Shown here one piece after another: positions 38,532 through 50,405 of a stretch of 64,000 nucleotides of DNA. Source of the DNA: Torpedo marmorata (lineage: Eukaryota). Both the position numbers and the translations under genes were made by a program. Positions within the stretch are counted from its first letter, which is position 1. The number at the start of each line of letters is the position of its first letter. The stretch covers positions 248,001 through 312,000 of the forward strand of contig CDRNVU010001290.1 of assembly GCA_977017645.1 (NCBI GenBank), written 5' to 3'. A model generated the notes under the pieces. It made no database searches, was not told the origin of the DNA, and saw only the letters and a program-made list of their open reading frames with translations.

Positions 38532-39670
38532 CGGGAGATACTGCAAGCCGGAGCAAAGCAAATTGTTGGCAAAAATCAGTGGGTCAGGGAGCTTCTGTGA
38601 GGCTACAGCGATGTCCAATGTTTCGGGTCGAGACCCTACATCGGGACTGAGGATGCAGATGGGGAAAATAGCCGCAATTTCAATGTAAGCGGGATGGGTG
38701 AGACAGCGGATGGCAAGTGATGTGTGGAATCATATAAGGGAACGATGGAAAGAAGTAGACGGATACGGTGTGGGAGTTACGAGGAGAAATGGAGACATAG
38801 TGTGGGAGATGACAAGTGTAACAAAACAAGATGAGGGATTATGGGCGTGTTACCAGGTGAGTTGGCAGTACAGGAGAAACAAGTGAGCAAAACGCCAGGG
38901 AGTTCCTTTACCGGGTGCTGTAATGAGTCAGTGAGGCAGGGGGGAGCGTGATGAGTTCTGGTTGTCAGAGGGGAGGGATGGAGAACTGGAACAAAACGAG
39001 GGAGAATGCGAGTGGACTCGTGGTAATTGGAAGTGAACACATGGGGCGTGGGTGACATAAAATTGGAAAATTCAATATTGAAACGAAACAAATGAAAAAT
39101 AACGTCATCCCATCTGTCAACCGATTTGTACTCTCTCTCTTTTCACCTTTCATTCACTTTTGTTGCCAGTTTTCTTCATCCCCCAATCAGACATCGTCAG
39201 CCAATCTTAACATCCCGACTTACCTCTGAGTTCCCCATGTCCTTCAGCACCTGGTTGTATCTCCTATCGCCCATTAACTGGCTACCGGTTTTAATTCATC
39301 TCGGTCCAGCTTACATCTACCCTTACCCAACATTCCACCGAACATCCCTCTTTTATCTATTCCTGTCCACAAATTCCTATTTCTCATCCATCCTGAACTC
39401 ACTGCTCCTTCAAGGTCACAGGACGTTCATCTACCAGTCATCCAGCAGCCTCTGCTTCAAAACCCGCCAACCTTGCTCCACCTGCGGATAACACCTCCGC
39501 CAATCTGGTGGATTCGCAGTTCTATTGGTCCATCAGCTTCACTTTTGAATGCGGACTATCTTACTCCAACACCTTCGGTCCTGATGCAGCGTCTCAACCT
39601 GGCACGTAGTATTTACTTGCTGGTCACAAATTCTACTTGACACGCTTCATTCATGCGGCAGTTTGCTTCT
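38532..39670. mobile_element. Two divergent Penelope-like 3' ends in the intron of paralog C
   Basis: Minus copy 38532-39090 (NIEFSNF end of ORF, purine-rich UTR on plus, GGGTCTCGACCC-GAAAC); plus copy about 39130-39670 ending CTGATGCAGCGTCTCAACC. Confidence 0.6.
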
Positions 39671-40384
39671 GCCGATTATGTTTTAAATGTTCAGTCACTG
39701 CCAACCGAATTTAACAGTGCTTCAAACTTACGTTTCCTGTTCAGCCATTCAGACATCTTCAATACCTGTTTGCGGCTGAGAGAATGAAGAGGGAGTTTTC
39801 ACAGGAATATGGGACAATATTTGCGATGCCTTCCTCTGAAACCAATCAAATTATGTTTGAACAACTGAAATCAAACCCCGGAAATTAATTGGGAGTTCTT
39901 GGGCCACATTATTATTTGTACGGGAGCAGCGATATTCCGTAAAGGTTCCTTTCTGTGCTAATAAATATTATTAAGATCAACTAATTATAATTTGCAACGA
40001 CATAAACATTTTAGCATGATGTGTATATTTATTTATTATTTCGGTATGTTGGTATGGATAGCTCGGTCAGATTATTTCATCATTCATTGAGCTGATAGAG
40101 GTGACATCACGTGAAGACATTCCCACCGTCCTAATTATAATTGAATTCAAGGACTTGTCACTCTCTGTGAAAGAAAACAGCGATATATTTCTCAGAAATT
40201 GTTCTCCTTGGTTTGAAGAACAATCTGAAATCCGAGGCGCCACCAGGGGCCCGGAGAGACACCACATCCGAGGGTTCGATTCGCAACATTGTTTGGCGAC
40301 TGAAATAAATGTGGTGCGGACTATAAACATGATGTCTAAAGAACGTAAGCAAGCAAGTCAATCCGCAGACCCATGGGGCAGGCG

Positions 40385-40862
40385 TGAAACCAAAGAGTGC
40401 TGAAGTAACTCAGCACAACACGCAGCATCTACGGAAATTAAAGGCAGATGCCGCTTCGGGTCCGAGCCGTTTTCCAGAGGTGCCGAATATCACACAGATG
40501 CCTGAATAAAAATGTCATTGACGGGAATGGGTGAAGTAGGGAGAGGGATGCATGGTAACAGGTGATAGTTGATGTGGATAGGGGTGCGACTATGGAAGTG
40601 TGTGCCTGAGAAGTGATTGGGTGAGACGTCGGACGGACAAGAATGATAGTTCTGAGGGGAGAGGGAAAGGAAGGGTCTGAGTTAAAGNNNNNNNNNNNNN
40701 NNNNNNNNNNNNNNNNNNNNNNNNNNNNNNNNNNNNNNNNNNNNNNNNNNNNNNNNNNNNNNNNNNNNNNNNNNNNNNNNNNNNNNNNNNNNNNNNNNNN
40801 NNNNNNNNNNNNNNNNNNNNNNNNNNNNNNNNNNNNNNAGGAACAGAGGGAGAGAGGGAGAG

Positions 40863-40913
<51 letters not shown>

Positions 40914-40920
40914 GAGAGAA
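40385..40920 (-). mobile_element. Penelope-like 3' end with (GA)n tract; contains N gap 40688-40838
   Basis: gtgctgaagtaactcagca...gcagcatcta...ttcgggtccgagcc matches the PLE terminus; (GA)n at 40839-40920. Confidence 0.55.
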
Positions 40921-41749
40921 AAGGAAGCTAACATTGATGACTGGTTGTTTGAAGCAATGGCAGGACTGATCATAGCTCCAGTGACGTGTATGGTTATTAC
41001 TGGTGTCCAGCAACAGATATATGGACAAAGGGTGATGTGGAAGAAATTTCGTCGCGACAACGAAGCCGGGGAAATTAGTGTGTCATTGTAAAATCATCAA
41101 GGGAAGCAATGGATCATTCACACTGATGCATGGTATCTGGCTAATGTAGCCAATAGAGTCAGGTGACAGTTTATTGAGATACTTGACCGACGGCGACATC
41201 TGAGCAATTCAGATCAGGAAAATGGACCGTTTATTGCCACACTGGCCGTGAAACAAGCACTCGAACACATACAAAGTACACACACCAGAAGTTGAGCACT
41301 AAACGCACACGCGCATACTCCCCTCAGGGCTCAGTGTGTGTGGGTAATGAGGACAAGAATGAACTGAGCCTGGTTACAACTCTCACTCCCGCTGACCGAA
41401 GATCCGTGGATTATGAAAAAGTAGTGTCACACCCTTCACTCTCCACCCGCATTAGCCTCCGATGAGAAATACAGACAATATTTCAACAAACTGGTGACGC
41501 ACGCTGTAGCGGTGATAAATGTCCGCAACCCAAAATAAACCGATGTTTCCCTTCTCCCTCACACCTCTCACAGGGCCAGGGCTTCACATGATCACAGCTG
41601 AAGTGACGCTCCGATTCATGTCATGGGAACTATATTTCCAGCAATTATTTTTTCTCCAGACCGAGCTATTCTGCATTAGAGGAATCGTAAAGCTTTTATG
41701 AGACACACTTTTTTTCTCCTGTTTAACATTAGTCCACTTCGTGTCCTAA

Positions 41750-42360
41750 TGAATGAGCAAGGAGGTAATGTTGCAACTGTACAAGGTACTGGTGAGACCG
41801 CACCTGGAGTATTGTGTGCAGTTCTCGTCTCCATATTTGAGGAAGGATATACTGGCCTTGGAGGCAGTCCAGAGGAGGTTTACTTGGTTGATCCCTGAGA
41901 TGAAGGGGTTGAAAGATTAAATCGTCTGGGATTATACTCGCTCGAGTTCAGAAGAATGAGAGGAGATCGTTTAGAAACAAATAGAAATATGAAGGGGCTG
42001 GATAGGATAGAGGTAGAAAGGTTTTTTTCACTGGCGGGTGAGACCAAAACTAGGGGACGCAGCCTCAAAATGCGGGGGAGTAGATTTAGGACCGAGATGA
42101 GGAAAAACAGTTTTTCCCAAAGAGTGGTGAATTTGTGGAATTATCTACCCAGGGAAAAGGTTGACGCTGCTTCATTGGACATATTTAAGGTTCAGTTGGA
42201 GAGATGCTGACATAAAAATGTAATTAGGGGATATGGGGAAAGGGCAGGTAGGTGGAGTTAGGTCATTGATCAGATCAGCCATGATCTTATTGAATGGCGG
42301 AGCAGACTCGATGGGCCGGTTGGCCTGCTCCTGTTCCTAATTTCTTATGTTCTTATGTTC
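41750..42360 (+). mobile_element. 5'-truncated CR1 ending just before the exon-2 acceptor of paralog C
   Basis: [34 protein letters not shown]; 3' hairpin region and tail TTCTTATGTTCTTATGTTC. Confidence 0.92.
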
Positions 42361-42386
42361 TTCTTCTTTATTATTCATCCTCACAG

Positions 42387-43288
42387 TCAACCTGATGACG
42401 ATTGTGATCCTGCTCCGGGGAAAGTGCGGTCTCTCCAGAAGTATCACCATCTATCTGGTCGCCATGGCTGCGGCGGATTCTCTCGTCATTATCCTTGACC
42501 TGATATTGAGGCAAATCCCGATTTTTTACATCGATCAGTTTCGTTTTCTCCTCCGTCTCCCTATTTGTAATATACACGCCGTGTTGCTTTATTCTGTCAC
42601 CGACTGTTCTGTCTGGTTCACCGTCATGTTCACCTTTGATCGATTTGCTGCCATCTGTTGCCCAAAACTAAAACCTAAATATTGCACTGACAGAACGGCA
42701 GCTGCCGTTCTGGGAACTGTGTCTGTTATGAGCAGCTTGAAGAACATCACGTGGTACTTTTCATTGAGTAAACACTACGCGTATATCAACTTTCCCTGGT
42801 TTTGTGCAGTGCTGTTCAGTGTACTGGAATCGCCGATATGGAGCACAGTCGAACTTCTTCATTATATCCTTAGCCCTGGACTGCCGTTCGTCCTGATCTT
42901 GCTGTTTAATGCTTCAACCGTCAGGCACATTGTAACAGCGAGCGGAGTCCGCAAGAGAATCCGTGGTCACAGCAGCGGAGAGAGTTCCAGAGATCCGGAG
43001 GCGGAGAGCCGAAGGAAATCCATAATTTTATTGTTTGTTATATCGGGGAATTTCATTCTGCTGTGGGCGGTGTTCCTTGTGTACACCATATGGTTCCGGG
43101 TTTGGCTGTTCGGTGTACAGACATTTTATATACCTATTTTTGTCCAAGAAGTAGGATTTATGTTGCAACTCCTGAGCTGCTGCACCAACACGGGGATTTA
43201 CGCCGTCACCCAGACTAAGTTCAGGGAGCAGGTGAAGGGTCTGTTGAAATACCCCATGACACTCATTGCGAAATGCATTAAAGTTTGA
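42387..43288 (+). CDS. GPCR paralog C, exon 2 (spliced product 333 aa)
   Basis: Acceptor cctcacAG ending at 42386; 7TM ORF with AAAD, FDRFAAIC, PWFC (ECL2), LWAV, NTGIY and FREQV; more divergent than the A/B pair. Confidence 0.94.
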
Positions 43289-43375
43289 TGAGATCTTTAG
43301 GATTCTCGTATCAGAGTACTTACTTATTTCCTCTCTCTTAGCTGGTCTTCGCAGGCCTCTACACCACTTAGCACT

Positions 43376-44100
43376 GACAACAACACATAATTTAGGCATC
43401 GATCAGCATCATTGCGAAAAATGTTTTGGGCACGATAACTCTTCTTCAGGACTGAATGCGTGGAGGAGAGAAAGATGTAACATTGAGCACAGGGTTGGGG
43501 GCAAGACAGAGGCGATCCGAGTATTGGTGGACCTGGGATTGGATGATGCCAGATGGAGGAGAGAGAAACAACAGAAGGAACTGGGTGAAGTGGAGCAGAA
43601 TTCCATGAAGAGTGATGTGGATTATCAGCAGGGACCAAGGCTGCAGTTGCTGGTTCTGTTAGAAAGAAGGGGTGGAAATAATGGTTCAATAAGGGGCCAG
43701 ATGAACCGAAAGAAGTTAGTGATTGGCATTATCAAAGTGGGAAATAGAGGTGGAAATGGAAGTAACCAAATATGATGGGGAATGGGAATATTGTAGGCTG
43801 TGTTATGGTAGGTGGTAAAGTGCAGAGAATGGGATGAAGTGGGAGGGAAATGTACAAGAATGGAATAGTTCATAAGAAGAGAGATGGCACACGTTACCTG
43901 ACCTTTGGAAAATTCACACTTCATACCATTCTAATATAAACTGCCAAATGGAACATGGGCCGTGTTTCCCTTTGCTTACCCTGGGCCTTTGCCATTACGG
44001 TAGGCACCGAGTAGACAGGTCGGTGAGGGAGTGGAAAGGGGAGTTGAAATCGATTTTGCATAAAGAGTGCAGATGCTGTGCGAGATAGACAACAAGATTG
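43376..44100 (-). mobile_element. Degenerate Penelope-like 3' portion
   Basis: Terminus-like sequence near 43380-43450, a purine-rich UTR, then remnants of the GIY-YIG C-terminus (DFNSPFHSLTDLS; gmkcefs). Confidence 0.6.
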
Positions 44101-44399
44101 TGATGTCGCCCAGCGAATCCGAAAGCCACATCGAATGCACTGTGTGCATTAGGAGAGGTTTTACGAAATGAGCATGGTTGTTGCTTGCAGTTGAATCTTA
44201 CGTACATGACGAACGATGCTGAACGCGCAGGCTGGTGCGATATGTGTTCAGGTCGCGAAACGCCAATAAACAGACAAAGTGTGTGATATCGACCAGAAAA
44301 AGGGTGCTGGTTGTCCAACGTATCGAAGCCACTAATGATCTTATAATGGTCTCATTATCTTGGCTCCAAATATAAATGTCCCTTGCTCTGCCACCCTTG

Positions 44400-45245
44400 C
44401 TTCATGAGACTTGGATGGGTTAGGTGAATGGGCAAAATTTGGCAGATGAAATAAAATGTTGGAATCTTCAAGGTCGGTGGAAGAAATAGACCGGCAGACC
44501 ATTATTTAGATGGGGAGAAAATTCAAAATTCAAAAGTGCAAAGGGACTTCCAGGTCCTCGTACAGGAAACCACAAATGTTAACCTCCATGTTGAGTTAGT
44601 GGTCAAGAAGGCGAGTGCAATGTTGGGGTTCATTTCTAGAGGAATAGCATACAAGAGCAGGGATGTACTGTTGATCCACTATAATACATTGGTGAGACCT
44701 CACCTGGAGTACTGTCTACAGTATTGGGCGCCTTATTTGAGAAAAAACGTGCTGGCGTTGGAGAGGTTCAGAGTAGGTTTAATAGAATTATACCAGGAAT
44801 GAATATGAGCAACGATTGTCGGCTCTTGGACTGTCCTCGTTGGAGTAAAAAGAGTGGGTGGCGACCGCATAGAAGCATTTCGAATGCAGAAAGCCCTGGA
44901 CAGAGTTGACGCGGCAAGTATGTTTCCTATAGTAAGGGAATCTAGGACAAGGGCGCATAACTTCAGGATAAAAGAGCGTCCATTTAAAACAGAGATGCGG
45001 AAGATTTATTTAGTCCGAGGGTCCTGATTCGGTGTAACTTGTTGCCACAGTTAGCTGTGGAAGGGAGGTCGTTGGGTGTATTTAAGACAGAGATTGATTG
45101 GTATTTCAATACTCAGGTCAACAAGGTTTGCGGGGCCAAAGTCAGGGATTGGGGCTGAGTGGGACGATGGATCCGATGAAGATTAGAATGGCGGAGCAGA
45201 TTCGATTGGCCAATGGGCAGACTTGTGCTCCTTTATCTTGTGATA
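44400..45245 (+). mobile_element. CR1 3' fragment
   Basis: [34 protein letters not shown]; 3' tail ending at about 45245. Confidence 0.88.
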
Positions 45246-45830
45246 AGACCATGAGACGGAGGAGCAGAAATATTCTATACAGAATATTGAGTCTGTCCCG
45301 CCATTCAATCATGAGCTGAACCATTTCCCACTCTTCCCCATTGCCCGGCATTCTCCCCATAAACTTTCATGCCCTGGTTCATCAAGAACCCATGAATCTC
45401 TTCCTTAAAAACAATCAATAACCTGGCCTATACAACCGGCTTCAGCAACTAATTCCATGTATTTACCATCCTCTGTCAAAGGAAATTCCTCCGTATCTCC
45501 CTTCAAACGGACGCCCTTTAATTGAAGTTTTGTTTTCCTGTCATAAATTCTACTACGATAGTAAAATAACCTTTCTACATCTAAGCTGTCCATGCCTTTC
45601 AACATTCCAACTGTTTCAAGAAGATACCATATAATTTTCATAAATTCCAACATGTACAGACCAAAGGTTCTCAAACGCTCCTCATATGACAGACCTCCTC
45701 TGGACACCCTCCAACGTCAGAAAGCCTTCCTTAAAAAAGGAGCTCAAAACGGACACTATACTCCATGTGATATCTCACCAGTGCATTATGGATCCTCAAA
45801 ATCACATCCCTGCTGTTATATTCTAATCCT
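45246..45830 (-). mobile_element. CR1 3' fragment, tail-to-tail with the previous copy
   Basis: GLSYEERLRTFGLY and CR1 3' end on the minus strand. Confidence 0.8.
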
Positions 45831-47905
45831 CTTTTTTAAATATTTTATTTAAATTGTTTAATACATGTAATATAACCCCATCCCTTCTCCCCTTCCCCCA
45901 ACTCACCCCCTTCAAAAGTAATGCATTTATATAACAAATATCTGTAAGTATTAAAAAAACTAAAATAATAATTTTTTTTTGCATTGCGAAGAGGAGACAT
46001 ATTTCAAAATATCACATCATACACTTAGAGGATAGTCTCGCAGTTCTAGAGGCGTAAGAAACTTCCTTACAAATTTAATCATATTATTGGGTGTACGAGC
46101 GCCATATTTGCAAAAAGAGTAGAGTATTTGTTCCTCACGTTATATGTAATTTTTTATAATGGAATACAACTTTGAATTTCAACATGCCACCTTTGCATAT
46201 CCATAGATATACCTGATTTCCAAGTCACAGCAATACATTTCCTCGCTACTGGCAAAGCACATTTAACAAATTCCAATTGATAATTTGAACATTTCAATTT
46301 ACGTTTTGTACCCTCAATATTCCCTAATAGAACTAAATCAGGCGTTTGCGGAAATAAAATTCCTGTAATTTGTTCCAAAAAATTCCGTATGTCTAGCCAA
46401 AAGTGTTTTTCCTTGGGGTAAGACCAGGTTGAATGTATAAAGGAGCCTGCATCTTCACTACATATAAAACATTGATCAGATAGTTATGGTTTTATTCCCT
46501 GTAATTTCTGTGGTGTCAAATCTAACTGATGCAAAAAAAATATATTGAACTAATCTATATCTTACGTTTATAGTATTAGTCATAGAATCTTTACATCAAT
46601 TGTCCCATATTTGTTGATTGATTGTAATATTTAAAACTGTTTCCCATCTCTGTCCAGATCTATTTAAACCGTTCGTTAGGAATTCCAGATTGTAATAATC
46701 CATAAACTTAGAAGTATTTTTTTAACAATTCATCTCCTTCTCAAGAGCTCCACTTCATTGCAGCTGGGTGGAGATATAGTTGATTCAAATTTGTCTCTCA
46801 AACATGCTTTTAATTGAAATTAACAACAAAATAGTATATTTGTTCTTCAACTGTACAAACTACATTAATTGACCTATTTCATAACATTCTTCAACATTTG
46901 TAATCCCATTACGGTACCAAATATTCAAAAACTGATTAGCTCTTGAAAATACTATAAGTGGATTTTGATTTAATGGCATTTTAGGCGATAGAGGTCCTTT
47001 TATTCAAATTTCATCTTTTATTTTATTCCAAATATTACGTAGATGTTTCAGTAATAGTGTATCTTTACTGTACCAGCAATTATCAATTTCGGATCTGCTG
47101 TCTGTTCATCTATCTTATTCAGTTCTATATTAACCCACGCTACATTATTATCTTCCAACAAAGAAGCAAGAAATCTCTTTTGAGCAGCTCGATAATAGTT
47201 TTTAAAATTAGGAAGTTGTAAACCTCCTAATTCATATTTCCATGTTAATCTTTCCATACAGACTCTTGACATTTTACTTTTCCAAAGAAATGTCTTGACA
47301 TATTTATTTAATTCTTGAAATTTTGTTTTGGGGTATTGAAATAAGTAGTGTTTGGAAAAGATATTGCATTCTTGGAAATATATTCATCTTTATACAATTG
47401 ACTCTTCCGACTAAAGTTCCAGGTAAATTAATCCATTTAAAAAAATCTTCATCAATCTTTTTAAGTAATAATAAATATCTCAATTTATATAAGATTTTCA
47501 AATTACTATCAGTGCGTATACCTAAATATTTAATACCTTCCTTTGGCCATTTAAACTGAGTACCTGTCTGACGATGTGCATAATCACCTAACATTATTGA
47601 AATGATTTCACTTTTATCCCAATTTATTTTATTGCGCGAAACTGTTCCATATTCCTCCAATTGAGAATATAGTATTTGTAAAGATATCTCAGGATCAGTC
47701 AAATATATTAAGATATCATCTACAAATAACTGATTTTATGTTCTTCTTGACCTATCCTGAAACCCTTAATTTGTAAATCAGAACGGATTTTCAGGGCAAG
47801 TGGTTCTATGGCTAAAACAAATAAAGCTGGGGATAAAGGACATCCTTTTCTATTAGATCTTGTCAAGTTAAATGGCAAGGACATTTGTCCATTAGTTACT
47901 ATTCT
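45831..47905 (-). mobile_element. 5'-truncated L1-clade LINE (RT to C-terminus)
   Basis: NRKGCPLSPALFVLAIEPL, EHKISY, KINWDKSE, IKYLGI, GGLQLPNFKNYYRAAQ, ARKCIAVTWK; T-tail at about 45831. Confidence 0.92.
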
Positions 47906-48059
47906 AATCCTCGAAATGAATGCCGGCATTGTCTTTGCCTTCTTCACAAGACTCAACATACAAGTTTTCCGTCAGGCTACCACGCGCTCGGTCTTCCATT
48001 CACCTTTGGATCTGGCTTTGCTTTTTCAATGTTCTCCCTATTTACAAAATATCCTGCCC

Positions 48060-49300
48060 GTTTATTTGTTCAACAAAAATGCATGACCGTATACCTTTTG
48101 AAATTGTATTTCATTTTCACATTCTCTGCCCATTCTTCTCATCTCTCTTCGTGCTTCTGTAACTTCCCTGTTTCCTTTCCACGACCTGCTCCCCAACTAC
48201 CTTCGTATCATCTGCAATCTTGGCCACACATCCGTACATTCCATAATCTAAATCATTAATATCGAACTGAAAAAGAACAGGGCGCAAAACCGACCCCTGT
48301 GGAACTCCATTAGCAAGCGGCAGCCAACCAGAATATGATTCCTGTTTTCCGGCTTTTTGCTTCCTGCCTTTGATCCACACACGGTTGTCATGTTTCACGT
48401 TATACCATGTGTTCACACTTTGTTATGTACCCTCAGCGCTGCACCTTGTAAAAAGGCCTTCTGTACATCCAAATTCACAACATCCAGTGCAACTCCTTTA
48501 TCTCGCCGGCTTGTCACTTCGTCAAATAATTCAAAGAATGAACTGCGTCTGCCTCTTCTCCGCCGAACTCTACTTTCTATTTTAACCTGAGAAAGCCTTC
48601 CTCGCTATTCCTAAAACTTCCAATCTCTGTGCCATTTAACAAATTATTTATTCACCCCTCCACTACTTCATCTGTCATCCATTTATATCACAAATAGCAG
48701 GTGTCACAGAATAGAACCCCGTGGATCGTCACTCTTCATCGAGCTCAAGGCAGAATACATCCCATCTGTTGCAAAAACTCTGGTTTCTGCAGGCAAGCTA
48801 ACTCTGAATCAAAGGAATTAATTGACCCAATGCTTTCTGACTTTTTGAATGAGCCTGCAATAAGGACCTTGTCACACCCCTTAGGCAAATACATATAAAC
48901 CACATCCACCGCCGGACTACACCGAATTCGTTGGTCACGTCCTGGAAAAAACGCAATTGGAATGGTGAGGCAAGACATTCCTCTCAAGAACCCTTGCTGA
49001 CCACAACGGAGAAGATTATGCTTCTCGTCATGCTCGTCCATCCACTCCCACAGATTTCTCTCCGATAGTTCGCCCACCACTGACGTAATACACACCGTTC
49101 TGTGATTCCCAGAAATAAAACTCATACTTTTCTTAAACGAAGGATTGTCATTTTCCATTCTTCAATACTCGGGTACAGTTCATCCGGACACGAGGAGCAA
49201 ATATTATCGCCAACGCATAAACAATCCCTTCCCTCGATCCTTGTAATGAACTGAGGGATATCCCGTCCGGCCCCCGGAATTTATCTGTCCGAACTCTTTG
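48060..49300 (-). mobile_element. Degenerate CR1 RT fragments
   Basis: GVPQGSVL, AKIADDTK, QQGFLRGMSCLT, VDVVYMYLPKGCDKV. Confidence 0.8.
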
Positions 49301-49349
49301 AAGATAGAGCGTGTCCTCTCTCAACGGTATTTCTCTGATGCCTTCTCTT

Positions 49350-50405
49350 CTACCCTCCCACCAGGGTCCACCTGTTACCTTTTACCTGTGCTCCCGCTCT
49401 TCTCCTTCCTCCTTCCTCTCTTCCCTCCTCCTCCTCTAATTCTCCCACTCGCGGCCTCACCCTAATCCCTTTCCCTCCCTCCGTCTTCCCCTTCTGCTCC
49501 CTGCCATCACCTTCCTTCCACAGCTCATCCTCCCCTCCCTGCGTTCTCTCCTTCTCGTTACCCTCCCTTCTACCTGCCATTACTCCCTCCTCCTCCTCCT
49601 CCTCCTCCTCCTACTCCTCCTCCTCCGAATTGCCCTTCCCTCCATATTCACCCTCCCCACTCCCCTTCCTCTCACGGTGCGTCCTTTCCCCTTCCACCTT
49701 GTCGTGTTCCACCCTCCTCTCCCAATCCTTCATTCATTCTCCCTTTCCTTCCTCTCTGTTCTTATCCTTCTTTATTCCCTTCCCTCCCTCCTTTCAATCC
49801 TCCCCCTCCCTCATCTCTCATCCTTGCCAAATCCCTCCAGAATCCGCCTCCTCCAATTCATTCTTCCTGGTCCCCTCCCTTTTCTCTCTCCCACCACCAC
49901 CCCTCCCTTCCCTCGCTCCTTACCTTCCCTATACTCGTACCCTTCCCTCTGTTCCACTTCATGCACTCGCTTCCCTCCCTTCACTTTCTCCCTCCCCCTT
50001 CCCCACCACATCTACCTCCAGGTATTTCGCCCTCCCTCGTCCCCTTCTCTGCTTGTNNNNNNNNNNNNNNNNNNNNNNNNNNNNNNNNNNNNNNNNNNNN
50101 NNNNNNNNNNNNNNNNNNNNNNNNNNNNNNNNNNNNNNNNNNNNNNNNNNNNNNNNNNNNNNNNNNNNNNNNNNNNNNNNNNNNNNNCAACCTCCTCCAC
50201 CACTTTATCGCTCCCTCTCCCCTTCCTCCACTCCTGCTACCACTCTGCTCCTTCCTCATTCTTCTTCCCCTATCGCGTCTCTCCGCTTCCAACCTATTCA
50301 CTTTTCCTCTCACCCTCCTCCTCCCTCGCTCCCCATTTTCGTCTTCGTCCTCTCCCCACCTCTATTCTCCCCCTCCTCCCCTTCATTCCTCCCCTCCTCC
50401 CCTCT
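49350..50405. repeat. About 1-kb C/T-rich low-complexity tract with (CCT)n core; contains N gap 50057-50187
   Basis: Almost pure pyrimidine strand; cctcctcctcct run near 49586-49625. Confidence 0.9.

Noticed and set aside
39-43288. Assigning the symbol GPR139 or GPR142
   Set aside because: Only family-level motif similarity is visible; multiple divergent tandem paralogs argue against 1:1 orthology without a phylogeny.
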